Shown here: in pieces, positions 36,020-44,928 of the stretch
Layout of the letters: every line of letters starts with the position of its first letter
Numbering within the stretch: the first letter of the stretch is position 1
Source: Candidatus Dormiibacterota bacterium
GTDB taxonomy: Bacteria > Chloroflexota > Dormibacteria > Aeolococcales > Aeolococcaceae
Assembly: GCA_041691155.1 (NCBI GenBank)
Contig: JBEPVD010000002.1
Span: forward strand, 66,109 to 130,108
Direction: 5' to 3'
Length of the DNA stretch: 64,000 nt
The notes under the pieces: model-generated
What the model was told of the DNA's origin: nothing
The model's database searches: none
What the model saw: the letters and a program-made list of their open reading frames with translations, nothing else
Translations under genes and position numbers: made by a program

Positions 36020-36973
36020 GTGACCGAGACCGAGCCGCCCCGCATCGTCGTCAGCGGGCTCACGAAGCAATTCGGTGACGTCAAGGCGGTCAGCGATCTG
36101 AGCTTCACCGTCGAGCCGGGATCGGTGACCGGCTTTCTCGGGCCGAACGGCGCCGGGAAGACGACGACACTCCGCATGATCCTTGGCCTCGCCCGGGCCG
36201 ACTCCGGCGACGCCACCATCGCCGGCCGCCATTACATCGACCTCGCCGACCCCACCCGAATGGTCGGCGCCGTCCTCGAGGCGAACAGCTTCCATCCAGG
36301 CCGGACGGCACGAAATCACGTCCGCATCTATTGCACTGCTGCCGGAATCCCGACGAGCAGGGCCGACGAGGTCCTGGCACTGGTCGGCCTGACCGAGGCC
36401 GCCAGGAAGCGAACCGGCGGTTTCTCGCTCGGTATGCGCCAGCGCTTGGCGCTGGCGACTGCGCTGATTGGCAACCCCAAGGTGCTGATCCTGGATGAGC
36501 CCGCGAACGGGCTCGATCCCGAGGGGATCGCCTGGTTGCGGACGCTCGTTCGACACCTCGCCGAAACCCAGGGTTGCACGGTGCTGGTCTCCAGCCACGT
36601 GCTCTCGGAGGTCGAGCAGACTGTCGATCGCGTGGTGATCCTGGCCCGAGGGAGGCTGATCCGGCAGGGGACGCTCGAAGAACTCGCGTCCGGCTCGGTG
36701 GGGAGCGTCGTGGCCAGAAGCCCGGACCCTGACGCGCTACGGGCAGCGGTGGGAAGCATCGGCGGCGACGTCACCGCGACCGCCGAGCCGGACGGCGCGC
36801 TGCGCATCACCGGGGCCACGCCCGAGCAGGTGGGACGCGCCGCCTGGTCGAAGAACGTCGAACTGCACCACCTGGTCGGCGAGCAGGCCAGCCTCGAGGA
36901 ACTGTTCCTCAGTCTCACCGCGCACGCGACCCTGCACGCTCCCCCCTCGCCGTCTCCTCCGGCGCCCTCGTGA
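36020..36973 (+). CDS. ABC transporter ATP-binding protein
   Basis: Walker A GPNGAGKTT, signature FSLGMRQRL, Walker B LILDEP. GTG start. Confidence 0.9.
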   Translation: MTETEPPRIVVSGLTKQFGDVKAVSDLSFTVEPGSVTGFLGPNGAGKTTTLRMILGLARADSGDATIAGRHYIDLADPTRMVGAVLEANSFHPGRTARNHVRIYCTAAGIPTSRADEVLALVGLTEAARKRTGGFSLGMRQRLALATALIGNPKVLILDEPANGLDPEGIAWLRTLVRHLAETQGCTVLVSSHVLSEVEQTVDRVVILARGRLIRQGTLEELASGSVGSVVARSPDPDALRAAVGSIGGDVTATAEPDGALRITGATPEQVGRAAWSKNVELHHLVGEQASLEELFLSLTAHATLHAPPSPSPPAPS

Positions 36974-37746
36974 TCAAGCTCCTTCGCGCCGAATACCAGA
37001 AGGTCGTGACCACGCGGCTGTGGTGGGGCATGTTGCTGGGCACGCTGTTTCTGGTCGGTGTGGCTGTTGCCGCGCAGATCGGTACCAACGGCCTCGCGCG
37101 CAGCGCCGCCCCGCCGCTGTCCACGGGTATCGAGCAACGCTCCATCTTCGGCACCAGCGCCGGCGGCGACATCTTCGCGCTGGTGGTGGGCATCATTTTC
37201 ATCACCGTCGAATTCCGACACTTCACAACGCGGCCGACATTTCTCGGAGAGCCTCATCGGGGCCGCGTGATCTTCGCCAAGATCATCGTGTCCGGCGCGG
37301 TCGGGTTCGTCTACGGACTGGCGTCGATTGCGCTGACCATTGCGATCGCCGTGCCGTGGTTCAGCGCGAAAGGGGTGACCATCGACTGGTCAGGCAACGA
37401 CCTCTACGTCGTGATGCTGGCGGTGCTCGCCGTGGTCACGATCTACGCGATCGTCGGGCTCGGCATCGGGGTGCTCGTGCGCAACCAGATCGCGGCCGTC
37501 ATCGGCTCACTGGTGTATCTCTTTGTCTTCGAGCCCCTCGTCGCCGGCCTCAGCCACCTCTGGTCCTGGCTCGGGGACATCTATGAGTTCTTGCCGGGTG
37601 CGGCAGCGCAGGCGGTGACGCAGATCGACAACACCCGAGGCAACACGATGCTGGTGCCCTGGGCGGGTGGCCTCGTCTTGCTGGGATGGGGCTTGCTGTT
37701 CGCGTTGCTCGGGTGGCTCGAGGCCGTCCACCGCGACGTGCCCTAG
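36970..37746 (+). CDS. ABC-2 type transporter permease
   Basis: GTGA overlap with the ATPase stop. MIKLLRAEYQKVVTTRLWWGML plus six hydrophobic segments. Confidence 0.85.
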   Translation: MIKLLRAEYQKVVTTRLWWGMLLGTLFLVGVAVAAQIGTNGLARSAAPPLSTGIEQRSIFGTSAGGDIFALVVGIIFITVEFRHFTTRPTFLGEPHRGRVIFAKIIVSGAVGFVYGLASIALTIAIAVPWFSAKGVTIDWSGNDLYVVMLAVLAVVTIYAIVGLGIGVLVRNQIAAVIGSLVYLFVFEPLVAGLSHLWSWLGDIYEFLPGAAAQAVTQIDNTRGNTMLVPWAGGLVLLGWGLLFALLGWLEAVHRDVP

Positions 37747-37832
37747 GACCCGACGCCCGTGGGCCTTGCGACATTGGGTGCGGACTGGTTTGAGCCATCC
37801 GAATGAGCGCGCGGGGGATCGAGCGGTCGGCG

Positions 37833-38129
37833 TCAGCTTCGCGTCGCGATGAACCCTGCCGCCGCTGCCTCCCTCGGACGGAATCTGGCGACCAGCTCAT
37901 CCGGCCCGATCGGCCGGCTGAACAGGTAGCCCTGAAGCTCGGTGCAGTGCTTGCTCGCGAGATATGCGCGCTGCACCTCGGTTTCGACCCCTTCAGCGAC
38001 GACCTTGAGCCCGAGACCAAGACCCATCGCGATCATCGCGTCGATGATCGGTACCCCGACATGCTCCGACACGATCGTGCGGGTAAAGGAGAGATCGATC
38101 TTGAGCGTGTCGACGGGAAACCCTTGCAG
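37833..38129 (-). pseudogene. C-terminal remnant of an EAL-domain c-di-GMP phosphodiesterase
   Basis: The frame reads LQGFPVDTLKIDLSFTRTIVSEHVGVPIIDAMIAMGLGLGLKVVAEGVETEVQRAYL...LQGYLFSRP. An in-frame TGA at 38190-38192 lies upstream, and there is no N-terminal half or EAL motif. Confidence 0.6.
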
Positions 38130-38245
38130 CGCCGGCGGCAGACAGCGATGGACGCGCTGCTCTCGGCCACCCCACCGTATACGCGGGGTTCACAGGCGAC
38201 CGCCGCGTCGGAGGGTCCGAACAATGTCGGAACCTGACCGCCCCC

Positions 38246-38908
38246 TCAGTTGGGGTTGGCGGGGCGGTCGCGGACCAACATCCGGATCCACACCTGTCCG
38301 AGCCAGGCTGCGAAGCGTTCATCGGACCATTCCCGGTCGTTGACAAGGCGATTCCATACCACGCCGTCCGTGAACGCCCACAGGACATCACGACACTCGG
38401 TCTCCGAGACAGCGAGCTGACCCGTCTCAGCTGCCGCCTTCGCCATGAACCCCATGCCGATGTTTCGCTGTCGTGAAATCTCCTCGAGCATCGCTGCGGC
38501 GGCCAACTCAGCCCCGGACGCGCCTTGCAGGGCAAGGACGAGCGGCACGATGCGCCGCGCAGTTCTCGTGAAGAACTCCGCCTGACGGAGGAACCGTCGC
38601 GCGAGGTCCGGCTCGGCGACGATCGCCCTCACCTCCGGGCGCTCGTGAAAGGCGACCTCCTGTGCGTCCCCACCGATCGTGATGTCCCACACGCTGTGGA
38701 GCAACAGTGCCTTCGTCTTGAACGCCGCGTACACAGTCTCGACCGAGACGCCGGCGGCATCAGCCACCCGAACCATCGTCGTTCGTCCGTAGCCCTCCGC
38801 CACGAACAGATCGCGCGCCGCCTCGAGCACCGCGGTGCGGGTGGCCTGCGCCTGCGCGCGACGTCGCGGCGAAACGTAGGCACGACCACGCTTGACTTTC
38901 GGTTCCAT
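38246..38908 (-). CDS. TetR/AcrR family transcriptional regulator
   Basis: AVLEAARDLFVAEGYGRTTMVRVADAAGVSVETVYAAFKTKALLL. Confidence 0.88.
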   Translation of the reverse strand: MEPKVKRGRAYVSPRRRAQAQATRTAVLEAARDLFVAEGYGRTTMVRVADAAGVSVETVYAAFKTKALLLHSVWDITIGGDAQEVAFHERPEVRAIVAEPDLARRFLRQAEFFTRTARRIVPLVLALQGASGAELAAAAMLEEISRQRNIGMGFMAKAAAETGQLAVSETECRDVLWAFTDGVVWNRLVNDREWSDERFAAWLGQVWIRMLVRDRPANPN

Positions 38909-38926
38909 TGTTCGCTACATTTCACC

Positions 38927-38962
38927 TGTAGTCAATACTAGTGTCATGTAGTCAAAGACTAG
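38927..38962. promoter_or_regulatory. two operator-like elements TGTAGTCAA-N-ACTAG in the divergent TetR intergenic region
   Basis: Copy 1 at 38927-38941 (tgtagtcaatactag) and copy 2 at 38947-38962 (tgtagtcaaagactag). Copy 2 contains the palindrome TAGTC-aaa-GACTA. Confidence 0.4.
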
Positions 38963-39005
38963 CACCGATGCGACCGAACGGCCAAACAGGATGTGAGGAA
39001 CTGAC

Positions 39006-39290
39006 ATGTACGTACTCCGGATCGAGCACTCCGTGCACGACTACGCCGTCTGGAAGCAGGCCTTTGACAGCCAGCCGGTCGATCGCGAAGCGGGAGGCGT
39101 CCTGCACCACCGCATCTTCCGGCCGCTCGATGACCCGGCCTTCGTGATGATCGACCTCGACTTCTCCACCTCGGGTGAGGCGGAATCGTTTCTGACCCAA
39201 CTCCAGCAGCTCTGGACGAGAGTGGTCGGCAAGCTCATCGAAAGCCCCAAGGCGCGGATCGTCGAGATCGCGGAGAGCGCTGACCACTGA
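39006..39290 (+). CDS. small conserved hypothetical protein (alpha+beta, barrel-like)
   Basis: 94 aa. GAGGAA RBS. MYVLRIEHSVHDYAVWKQAFDSQPVDRE...FVMIDLDFSTSGEAESFL. Divergent from the TetR gene. Confidence 0.65.
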   Translation: MYVLRIEHSVHDYAVWKQAFDSQPVDREAGGVLHHRIFRPLDDPAFVMIDLDFSTSGEAESFLTQLQQLWTRVVGKLIESPKARIVEIAESADH

Positions 39291-39322
39291 GTGAGCAACG
39301 GCAACACCTCGACTGCGTGCCT

Positions 39323-40429
39323 CTAGGAGAAGTACCCCGATGGCCCCACTGGGCGGTGTGCCTGCGCATGCGGCGCGTAGTGATCACGCAGGATCTGCAC
39401 GACCAGTTCGCGCCGGCTCCGCACCCCGACTTTGTCAAAGACTGACTTCAGATGATCCTGCACGGTATGGGCTGAAATCCCCGCTCGCACAGCGATTTCG
39501 GTGGTCGACAGCCCCTGGCAGACGAGGCCGGTGATGCTCCGTTCCTGTTCGGAGAGTCCATACGCCAGCATGATGATCGGCGCCACCTCCGCCGCTGAAG
39601 CGTCATCGATGATCACTGCGATCGCCGCGCCCCCGCCTGTGGGGAGCCGCGACGCGTGGAGCACCGCCCATCGTCCGGCCCGGGTGCGAACGCGGAGGCG
39701 AGGCACGGCTGCTTCCGCATCGGTTCGACCCCGCAGTCGTGCGGCGACTGCGAGCACTTCCGTCGGCGGCACGGCATCCGGCCCACCGCTGTAGCCCAAT
39801 TCGTCGAGCCACCGCTCAGCTGCCGGCGTCCATCCGGAGATGGCGAGGTCGGGAGTGAGCAGGATGACGCCGGGGGCACCGCTGACGTCTGCCAAGTCGA
39901 GCGCTCCGCTGACGAGGCCGGCCCGAAGACCCAGCGCCACATGCGGGGAGATGAATTTGACGAACGCCATCTCCGCGCGCGTGAATGGCCGCGGCGCCTC
40001 ACGATGCATGCAGAGGAACCCCCAGCACGAGCCCTGGACGGTAAACGCCGCACGCAACTCATCTCCGAAACCAAGTGGGCTGAAGATCTCCGCGTAGCGC
40101 GCGCTGCGGGCCATCTCACCGTCCGTCGCCTGGACGAGCGTTCGCACGCTGTCGCGATCGCGGGCCACGTCCACCCACTTGTTGACATCATTGGCAACAA
40201 ACTCGTTCTCGAGGAAATAGGGACGGGTCCGCTCGGGGATGTGCTCCTGGTACGTACCGGTGAAAAGCAGGGTCGCCGGGTCGGCGGTCGCCCACCACAA
40301 GCCGTCGGCTGGTACGGCGCGACGCAGTTTCGGCAGCAGCCGTGCCCGCAGCGTTTCGGGGTCGAGGCCCATCTCACAGAGTTCGACGATGGACTGCGCC
40401 GCGTCCCGGCGCATGATGTCGCCGGTCAT
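39323..40429 (-). CDS. LuxR family transcriptional regulator with an N-terminal sensor (GAF-like) region
   Basis: C-terminal HTH LSEQERSITGLVCQGLSTTEIAVRAGISAHTVQDHLKSVFDKVGVRSRREL. GAGGAG lies upstream of ATG 40427-40429. Confidence 0.85.
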   Translation of the reverse strand: MTGDIMRRDAAQSIVELCEMGLDPETLRARLLPKLRRAVPADGLWWATADPATLLFTGTYQEHIPERTRPYFLENEFVANDVNKWVDVARDRDSVRTLVQATDGEMARSARYAEIFSPLGFGDELRAAFTVQGSCWGFLCMHREAPRPFTRAEMAFVKFISPHVALGLRAGLVSGALDLADVSGAPGVILLTPDLAISGWTPAAERWLDELGYSGGPDAVPPTEVLAVAARLRGRTDAEAAVPRLRVRTRAGRWAVLHASRLPTGGGAAIAVIIDDASAAEVAPIIMLAYGLSEQERSITGLVCQGLSTTEIAVRAGISAHTVQDHLKSVFDKVGVRSRRELVVQILRDHYAPHAQAHRPVGPSGYFS

Positions 40430-40507
40430 CACGGAGCTTCTCCTCTGGCCTTCGAACTCCTGACTATACGGATCTCGGCCCTTTGAGACCGAACGTGCCG
40501 GCGCGGT

Positions 40508-40789
40508 TCAGGAGATGACTTCGTAGTGCCCCCGTTCAAGGAGCGCAACGCCGGTGGCCGCGATCGTGCGGGCACGGCTCTCGTCGGCCGAGACGTCGCT
40601 GGCGAGCGCCGCTTCCTCGGTATCCCAGAGCGTGAGTGTCAGTGCCTTCCCAGCAGCGGCATCGATGAAAAAGAAAACGCCTGCGTTGCCCTCGAGGTTG
40701 GTGACAAAGGGACGCACCGTCTCGACTCCTGCAGTCCACTTGCCGAGGGCGTCAGGCGTTCCGGTCCATGTCGACGTTCTGGCAAACAT
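40508..40789 (-). CDS. ABM / dimeric alpha-beta barrel-like small protein
   Basis: ATG 40787-40789 has GGAGG 8 nt upstream. 93 aa: MFARTSTWTGTPDALGKW...LTLWDTEEAA. Confidence 0.6.
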   Translation of the reverse strand: MFARTSTWTGTPDALGKWTAGVETVRPFVTNLEGNAGVFFFIDAAAGKALTLTLWDTEEAALASDVSADESRARTIAATGVALLERGHYEVIS

Positions 40790-40941
40790 TTGCTGGCCTC
40801 CGTGCGGGTTGGTGATGACGCCACCATCCGCGAAACGACGCAAGTGCGCCATCCCAGAAACCTGGGGTACACGCCACTGATCGGCGTTCCCATCCGTGCG
40901 GTACAGCCGGGCTACACTGCGACCAACTCAGGGGAGATCAC

Positions 40942-43167
40942 ATGCGGCGTATTTTCATTGCCTTGGTTGCTGCTGCGGCCGCCATCGGTGCGACCATCGG
41001 ATCAGCAAATGCCAGTGGCCCCAGCGGGTGGTCGGTCGTCCGGACCCCAAACCCGAGGGCTGCCTCGCTCCATTTCGGAGCGCTTGACGCGGTGTCGTGT
41101 GCGGGTGCCTCCGCCTGCCTCGCCGTTGGCTCCGGCGTCGATCTCCGCGCTGATCAGATCGCGATCGCGCAAACCTGGAATGGAACGTCGTGGGCGATGA
41201 CACCGACCGCGCGGATCCGCGGCTCATCGGCCTCTTCGTTCGCCGCAGTCTCCTGCACCGCCGCAAATGCGTGCACTGCCGTCGGTTTTGCCACGAATGC
41301 AGCAGCACTCACTTTGCCACTCGCGGAACGCTGGAATGGCAGCGTCTGGAGCGTCCAGGCAGTCCCGGCCGGCCGCGGCGGCTCGCTGGCCGGTGTGTCC
41401 TGCTCCAGCGCAACCGACTGCATGGCCGTCGGCGCGACGAGCGACAGTTCGGGTCAGACCGTCGCACTCTCGGAGCGATGGGATGGGACGTCGTGGCAGA
41501 TCGTGCCCACCCCAACTGTCCCCGACACCGTCTTTGTGCAGCTTTCCGCGGTATCGTGCACCGCGCCCAACGCGTGCACGGCGGTGGGCTCGACGACGGT
41601 CGCAACCTTCGGGGCTCTTGCCGAACGCTGGAACGGGACCGCGTGGTCGCTCGAGTCCACGCCTGCTCCCGGTGACGGCGTCGAGGGGTTTTTGACAGGA
41701 GTGTCCTGTACCTCCGCCACGAGTTGCGAGGCGGGAGGCGATTACATCAACGCCGGCTTCAACGACGCGACCCTCGCCGAACACTGGGACGGCGTGTCAT
41801 GGTCGGTCCAGCCAACACCGAACCCGGCCGGAGGCTTCATCCTTCAGGTGAGCGGGATCTCGTGCTCCACCCCAACCGCGTGCACGATCGCCGGCTGGAC
41901 CAATCTCGGTGCGCTCGTCATGCGTTTCAACGGCAGCACCTGGGGGATGCAGCCCACCCCTCCCCCGTCCGGGCCACCCTTTTCGACGGCGATGCTCAAT
42001 GGCGTCGCTTGTCCAACCAGCACCGTCTGCAAAGCGGTCGGATCCATAGACGGCACCCTTGCTGAGTCCTGGGACGGCAGCCACTGGACGTTGCAGACCT
42101 CACCGAACACTCCTGGCGTGCTCATCAGCGAGTTCCACTCAGTGTCGTGCGCGTCGGCGAGCGCATGTGTCGCCGTCGGGGCACACGACACCGCCGCCGG
42201 CGGAAACGTCGCACTCGTGGAGCGCTGGGATGGCACGCGGTGGACCATGCAACCCACGCCACGAGTTGGTCACGCGCTGACGGCCATGCTGTCCGGCGTG
42301 TCGTGCACGGCGGTGAATGCCTGCACCGCCGTCGGCTCCTTCGACAACTCCGCGGGGATACAGGTGCCACTCGCCGAGCGATGGAACGGCGCCACCTGGG
42401 CAATCCAGGCTGTGCCGTCGCCGGCCGGCGCGATGCAGGCGTCGCTCTCGTCCGTCTCCTGTGCGTCGGTCAGGTTGTGCGTCGCGGTCGGCGTTTCGCA
42501 GGACGCTTCAGCACATCAGTCGCCGCTGGCCGCGCTCTGGAATGGGAGCGTGTGGACCCTCCACACCACCCCAGCGCCGGCGAGCGCACTCCAGGCACGA
42601 CTCGCAGCGGTTTCGTGCAGCAATCCTGGCTCGTGCTTCGCGGTCGGTGAATATCTGAACGGTGCCATCACGGTCGGACGTGGCCACGCCCATCAGTCAT
42701 TCGCCGCGCAGTGGAACGGCACCGCGTGGACTGCGACTTCGATCGCTCGACCTGCCGGGGCGACCGCCGGCTACCTGGACGCGATCTCCTGCACCGGAGC
42801 ATCGACATGCACCGCCGCCGGTTGGTACCCCAGCACCTCAACAACCAAGACTGCGCTGGCTGAGCGATGGGATGGCACCACCTGGACGATCGACCCGTCT
42901 GCGGCAGTCAGCGGCGCGGTGCTGTCCGGAGTCGTTTGCAGCAGCGCGAGCGCATGCACCGCAGTGGGATCCACCCAGATCGGCCACTCGGTCGCGGAAG
43001 TCTGGAACGGGGCCACGTGGTCGATGGAAGCCACGCCCAACCCCGTCTCCACCGCCCGCATGTTGCAGTCGGTTGCGTGTCCGACGGACACGGCCTGCGT
43101 CGCGGTGGGCACGGCCGTTGGGAGTGCCGGCTACAACGTGACCCTTGCGGAGCGCTACTCGGGCTGA
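40942..43167 (+). CDS. secreted protein built from 14 tandem ~51-aa repeats, each with a C-x5-C pair (probable double beta-propeller)
   Basis: Signal peptide MRRIFIALVAAAAAIGATIGSANA. There are 14 copies of [VI]-[SVA]-C-x5-C-x-A-[VGA]-G, each followed by ErW[ND]G[ST]xW. Confidence 0.85.
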   Translation: MRRIFIALVAAAAAIGATIGSANASGPSGWSVVRTPNPRAASLHFGALDAVSCAGASACLAVGSGVDLRADQIAIAQTWNGTSWAMTPTARIRGSSASSFAAVSCTAANACTAVGFATNAAALTLPLAERWNGSVWSVQAVPAGRGGSLAGVSCSSATDCMAVGATSDSSGQTVALSERWDGTSWQIVPTPTVPDTVFVQLSAVSCTAPNACTAVGSTTVATFGALAERWNGTAWSLESTPAPGDGVEGFLTGVSCTSATSCEAGGDYINAGFNDATLAEHWDGVSWSVQPTPNPAGGFILQVSGISCSTPTACTIAGWTNLGALVMRFNGSTWGMQPTPPPSGPPFSTAMLNGVACPTSTVCKAVGSIDGTLAESWDGSHWTLQTSPNTPGVLISEFHSVSCASASACVAVGAHDTAAGGNVALVERWDGTRWTMQPTPRVGHALTAMLSGVSCTAVNACTAVGSFDNSAGIQVPLAERWNGATWAIQAVPSPAGAMQASLSSVSCASVRLCVAVGVSQDASAHQSPLAALWNGSVWTLHTTPAPASALQARLAAVSCSNPGSCFAVGEYLNGAITVGRGHAHQSFAAQWNGTAWTATSIARPAGATAGYLDAISCTGASTCTAAGWYPSTSTTKTALAERWDGTTWTIDPSAAVSGAVLSGVVCSSASACTAVGSTQIGHSVAEVWNGATWSMEATPNPVSTARMLQSVACPTDTACVAVGTAVGSAGYNVTLAERYSG

Positions 43168-43258
43168 GCCGGCGAGGGTGGACAGCCCCCGCGTCCCATC
43201 CATGGCTACTCTGTTGCGAGTAGCCCGAACGCCGGAGCAGCGGTCCACAGGAGTCACG

Positions 43259-44242
43259 ATGAGCGCCGAGGCATATTTCGACAACACCGGCCGCGATGAC
43301 GTCATCGGCGGCGGGGCGAGGATGATCCCGATCACCACGCCGAAGGGTGCGTTCCGGGTCTGGACCAAGCGCGTCGGCAACAACCCCCGCGTGAAGTTGC
43401 TTTTGCTGCATGGCGGACCTGCGTGCAGTCACGAGTACTTCGAGGCGTGCGACAGCTTCCTTCCCGGCGCGGGCATCGAGTACTACTACTACGACCAGCT
43501 GGGATCGTTCTTCAGCGATCATCCGGATGAGCCTGACCTGTGGCAGATCGATCGTTTCGTCGACGAGGTCGAACAGGTGCGCGTCGCGCTGGGACTGGAT
43601 GCGAGCAACTTCTTCGTGCTCGGGCACTCATGGGGCGGCCTGCTTGCCATCGAGTACGCGCTGAAGTACCAGCGCCACATGAAGGGCATGGTCATCTCGA
43701 ACATGATGGCCAGCATCCCGGCGTACAACGAATACGCCCGCAACGTGCTCATGCCGGCGATGGACCAGACGCTCCTTGCGCGGATCCAACTGTTGGAGTC
43801 GCAAGGCGACACCGAGACGCCTGAGTACATGGACCTCCTGTCGGGCCACTACGAGCAGCACGTCTGCCGGATGCCCGCCGCAGAATGGCCGGATCCCGTC
43901 ACCCGCGGGTTCGGCCATGTGAACCGGTCGATCTACGTCCCGATGCAGGGCCCGAGCGAACTCGGGGCCAGCGGCGTGATCGCGGACTGGGACAGGACGG
44001 AATCCCTGCAGGAAATTCTGGTGCCGACCCTCACCATCGGCGGCACCCACGACACGATGGACCCGGCGCACATGGAGTGGATGGCCCGCACGCTGCCGCA
44101 TGGAAGCTTCCTCCTCTGCCCGAACGGCGGTCACATGGCTATGTACGACGACCAGGGAACCTACTTCCGCGGCCTCATCGAGTTCCTCCAGGAGGTCGAT
44201 CGAGAGGGAGCGACGCACCCATACGCGGCGACATCGCGCTGA
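43259..44242 (+). CDS. pip: proline iminopeptidase (alpha/beta hydrolase, S33)
   Basis: LLLLHGGPACSHEY and the nucleophile elbow VLGHSWGGLLA. The C-terminal GGHMAMYDD region carries the His. Confidence 0.86.
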   Translation: MSAEAYFDNTGRDDVIGGGARMIPITTPKGAFRVWTKRVGNNPRVKLLLLHGGPACSHEYFEACDSFLPGAGIEYYYYDQLGSFFSDHPDEPDLWQIDRFVDEVEQVRVALGLDASNFFVLGHSWGGLLAIEYALKYQRHMKGMVISNMMASIPAYNEYARNVLMPAMDQTLLARIQLLESQGDTETPEYMDLLSGHYEQHVCRMPAAEWPDPVTRGFGHVNRSIYVPMQGPSELGASGVIADWDRTESLQEILVPTLTIGGTHDTMDPAHMEWMARTLPHGSFLLCPNGGHMAMYDDQGTYFRGLIEFLQEVDREGATHPYAATSR

Positions 44243-44550
44243 CGGTGGTGACAGGGCGGCCGGCAGCCGGATCGTAGGCGCCGACCTCTCGACGTGGTGC
44301 TGTACGGGGGGCGCTTGGTGATTCGCGGACCAGTCGACGTGTCGTCAACCAGCCACACCCGATGACGTCGGCGGCTTTGTTGAGATCCACGGTACGGCGC
44401 ATGCAACCGGCGAATGGACCGATCTGTTTCGCGCGCACGACGAGGTCACCGACGAGCCGCGGTTCCGTACTTTCTCTGGTCCAATCGTGGGCCGGGCTGG
44501 ATGCGCGTCTGGCTTTCTTTGGGCGACCATTGACCTCGGGTGTCGCGGCC

Positions 44551-44928
44551 CTAGCCGAGAAACACTCGCGACGCTGCGATCCGCCCGTCGCGCACCACGA
44601 AGCGCTCGGCCACGGTCGCGTCATCTTCGCCGGGGCAGTGCCGCGTGTACTCGACATATGCGGACTCGTCGTCAGCGACGATGGCAACCACCTCATAGCG
44701 CAGCTCGGGGGTGCGCGATAGGGCGTCGCGCCACCACGCGACGAGTGCCGCGCGTCCGACCAATTCCCCGCCCGTATCCGGGTGCAGTTGCTGGATTCGC
44801 GGCGAGGTGTGCCGCCCGTCCTCGGCATAGAGATCGACGAGCCGCTCGACGTCGTGCAGGTTGAACCGTCTGACCCACTCGGCCGCGACGGCGGACGGTG
44901 TAGCAGGGTCGGGCCCGGTATCACTCAC
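44551..44928 (-). CDS. SnoaL-like / NTF2 superfamily protein
   Basis: GTGA overlap with the upstream stop. AAEWVRRFNLHDVERLVDLYAEDG...VAERFVVRDGRIAASRVF. Confidence 0.68.
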   Translation of the reverse strand: MSDTGPDPATPSAVAAEWVRRFNLHDVERLVDLYAEDGRHTSPRIQQLHPDTGGELVGRAALVAWWRDALSRTPELRYEVVAIVADDESAYVEYTRHCPGEDDATVAERFVVRDGRIAASRVFLG

